NCBI RefSeq assembly: GCF_001194135.2
Contig: NC_068998.1
Span: forward strand, 13,031,275-13,095,274
Length of the DNA: 64,000 nt
Origin: Octopus bimaculoides
Lineage: Eukaryota
Direction of reading: 5' to 3'
Shown here piece by piece: positions 63,322-64,000 of the stretch (positions within the stretch are counted from its first letter, which is position 1; each line of letters starts with the position of its first letter). Below the pieces are notes generated by a model, which was given only the letters and a program-made list of their open reading frames with translations, had not been told where the DNA came from and did not search any database. The translations under genes and the position numbers were made by a program.

Positions 63322-63730
63322 TAACAATGACAATAGTGATGATAATGATGATTATGATGAAGATGACGATTATGATGATGATGATGAGGAGGAGGAGGAG
63401 GAGGAGGATGAAGTTAATGACACTGAGAGCATTATTGTCATGTGATAAACTCAGTTATTCTTAATTGGCTATTCTTTGTCTCGTTAATAACCAAAAGGGA
63501 CCACTTAAGAATGAATCTACCGATAAATTGTTAGCAAGTGTTTTAGGTTCAGTGAAAACTTGAGTGGTTTGGGGTTTTCCAGACAATTAACCCCAGATTC
63601 CTTGATTGCATTGTTTGTGCTTTGTTTTGATTAGCATAATCCCTTAACTCTTGATGTTTGAGATTACATTACATAGATACTAACATGCATACATACATAT
63701 ATCTCATACATACACACATATTTGCACACA

Positions 63731-64000
63731 TAGGTGCAGGAGTGGCTGTGTGGTAAGTAGCTTGCTTACCAACCACATGGTTCCGGGTTCATTCCCATTG
63801 CGTGGCACCTTGGGCAAGTGTCTTCTACTATAGCCTTGGGCCGACCAAAGCCTTCTGAGTGGATTTGGTAGACGGAAACTAAAAGAAGCTCGTCGTATAT
63901 ATGTTTATATATGTGTGTATATGTTTGTGTCTGTGTTTGTTCCCCCAGCATCGCTTGACAACTGATGGTGGTGTGTTTACGTCCCCGTAACTTAGCGGTT
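63731..64000 (+). mobile_element. SINE family A, young, cut by window edge
   Basis: Intact head, CCTTGGGCAAGT core and body. Confidence 0.95.

Overview
Eukaryotic, AT-rich, repeat-saturated DNA from a gapped short-read assembly with 16 N-gaps, most flanked by (TA)n, (TG)n or (GA)n. The SINE families and microsatellite load point to an octopus genome; this is recognition, not a database result. I cannot identify a host gene with confidence, only a few low-confidence candidate exons. The window holds about 33 copies or fragments of one tRNA-headed CORE-like SINE (family A), about 12 copies of a second SINE-like family (B), RTE-LINE 3' tails (family C) and other tRNA-derived SINEs. It also holds fossils of RTE, R4/Dong-like, CR1-group and Penelope retroelements, Tigger and mariner transposases, several MITEs (three hAT MITEs have 8-bp TSDs) and foldback elements. 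The most interesting signal is a set of minimal type I hammerhead-ribozyme motifs from at least two sequence families. One sits about 90 bp upstream of a Penelope RT remnant, one lies inside a long palindrome, and others occur in two composite elements whose ribozyme block is flipped between copies. Also notable are a recursive-splice-site-like motif near 900 (- strand) and a nested foldback element at about 29 kb. Almost all ORFs in the supplied track are microsatellite, N-gap or SINE artefacts.
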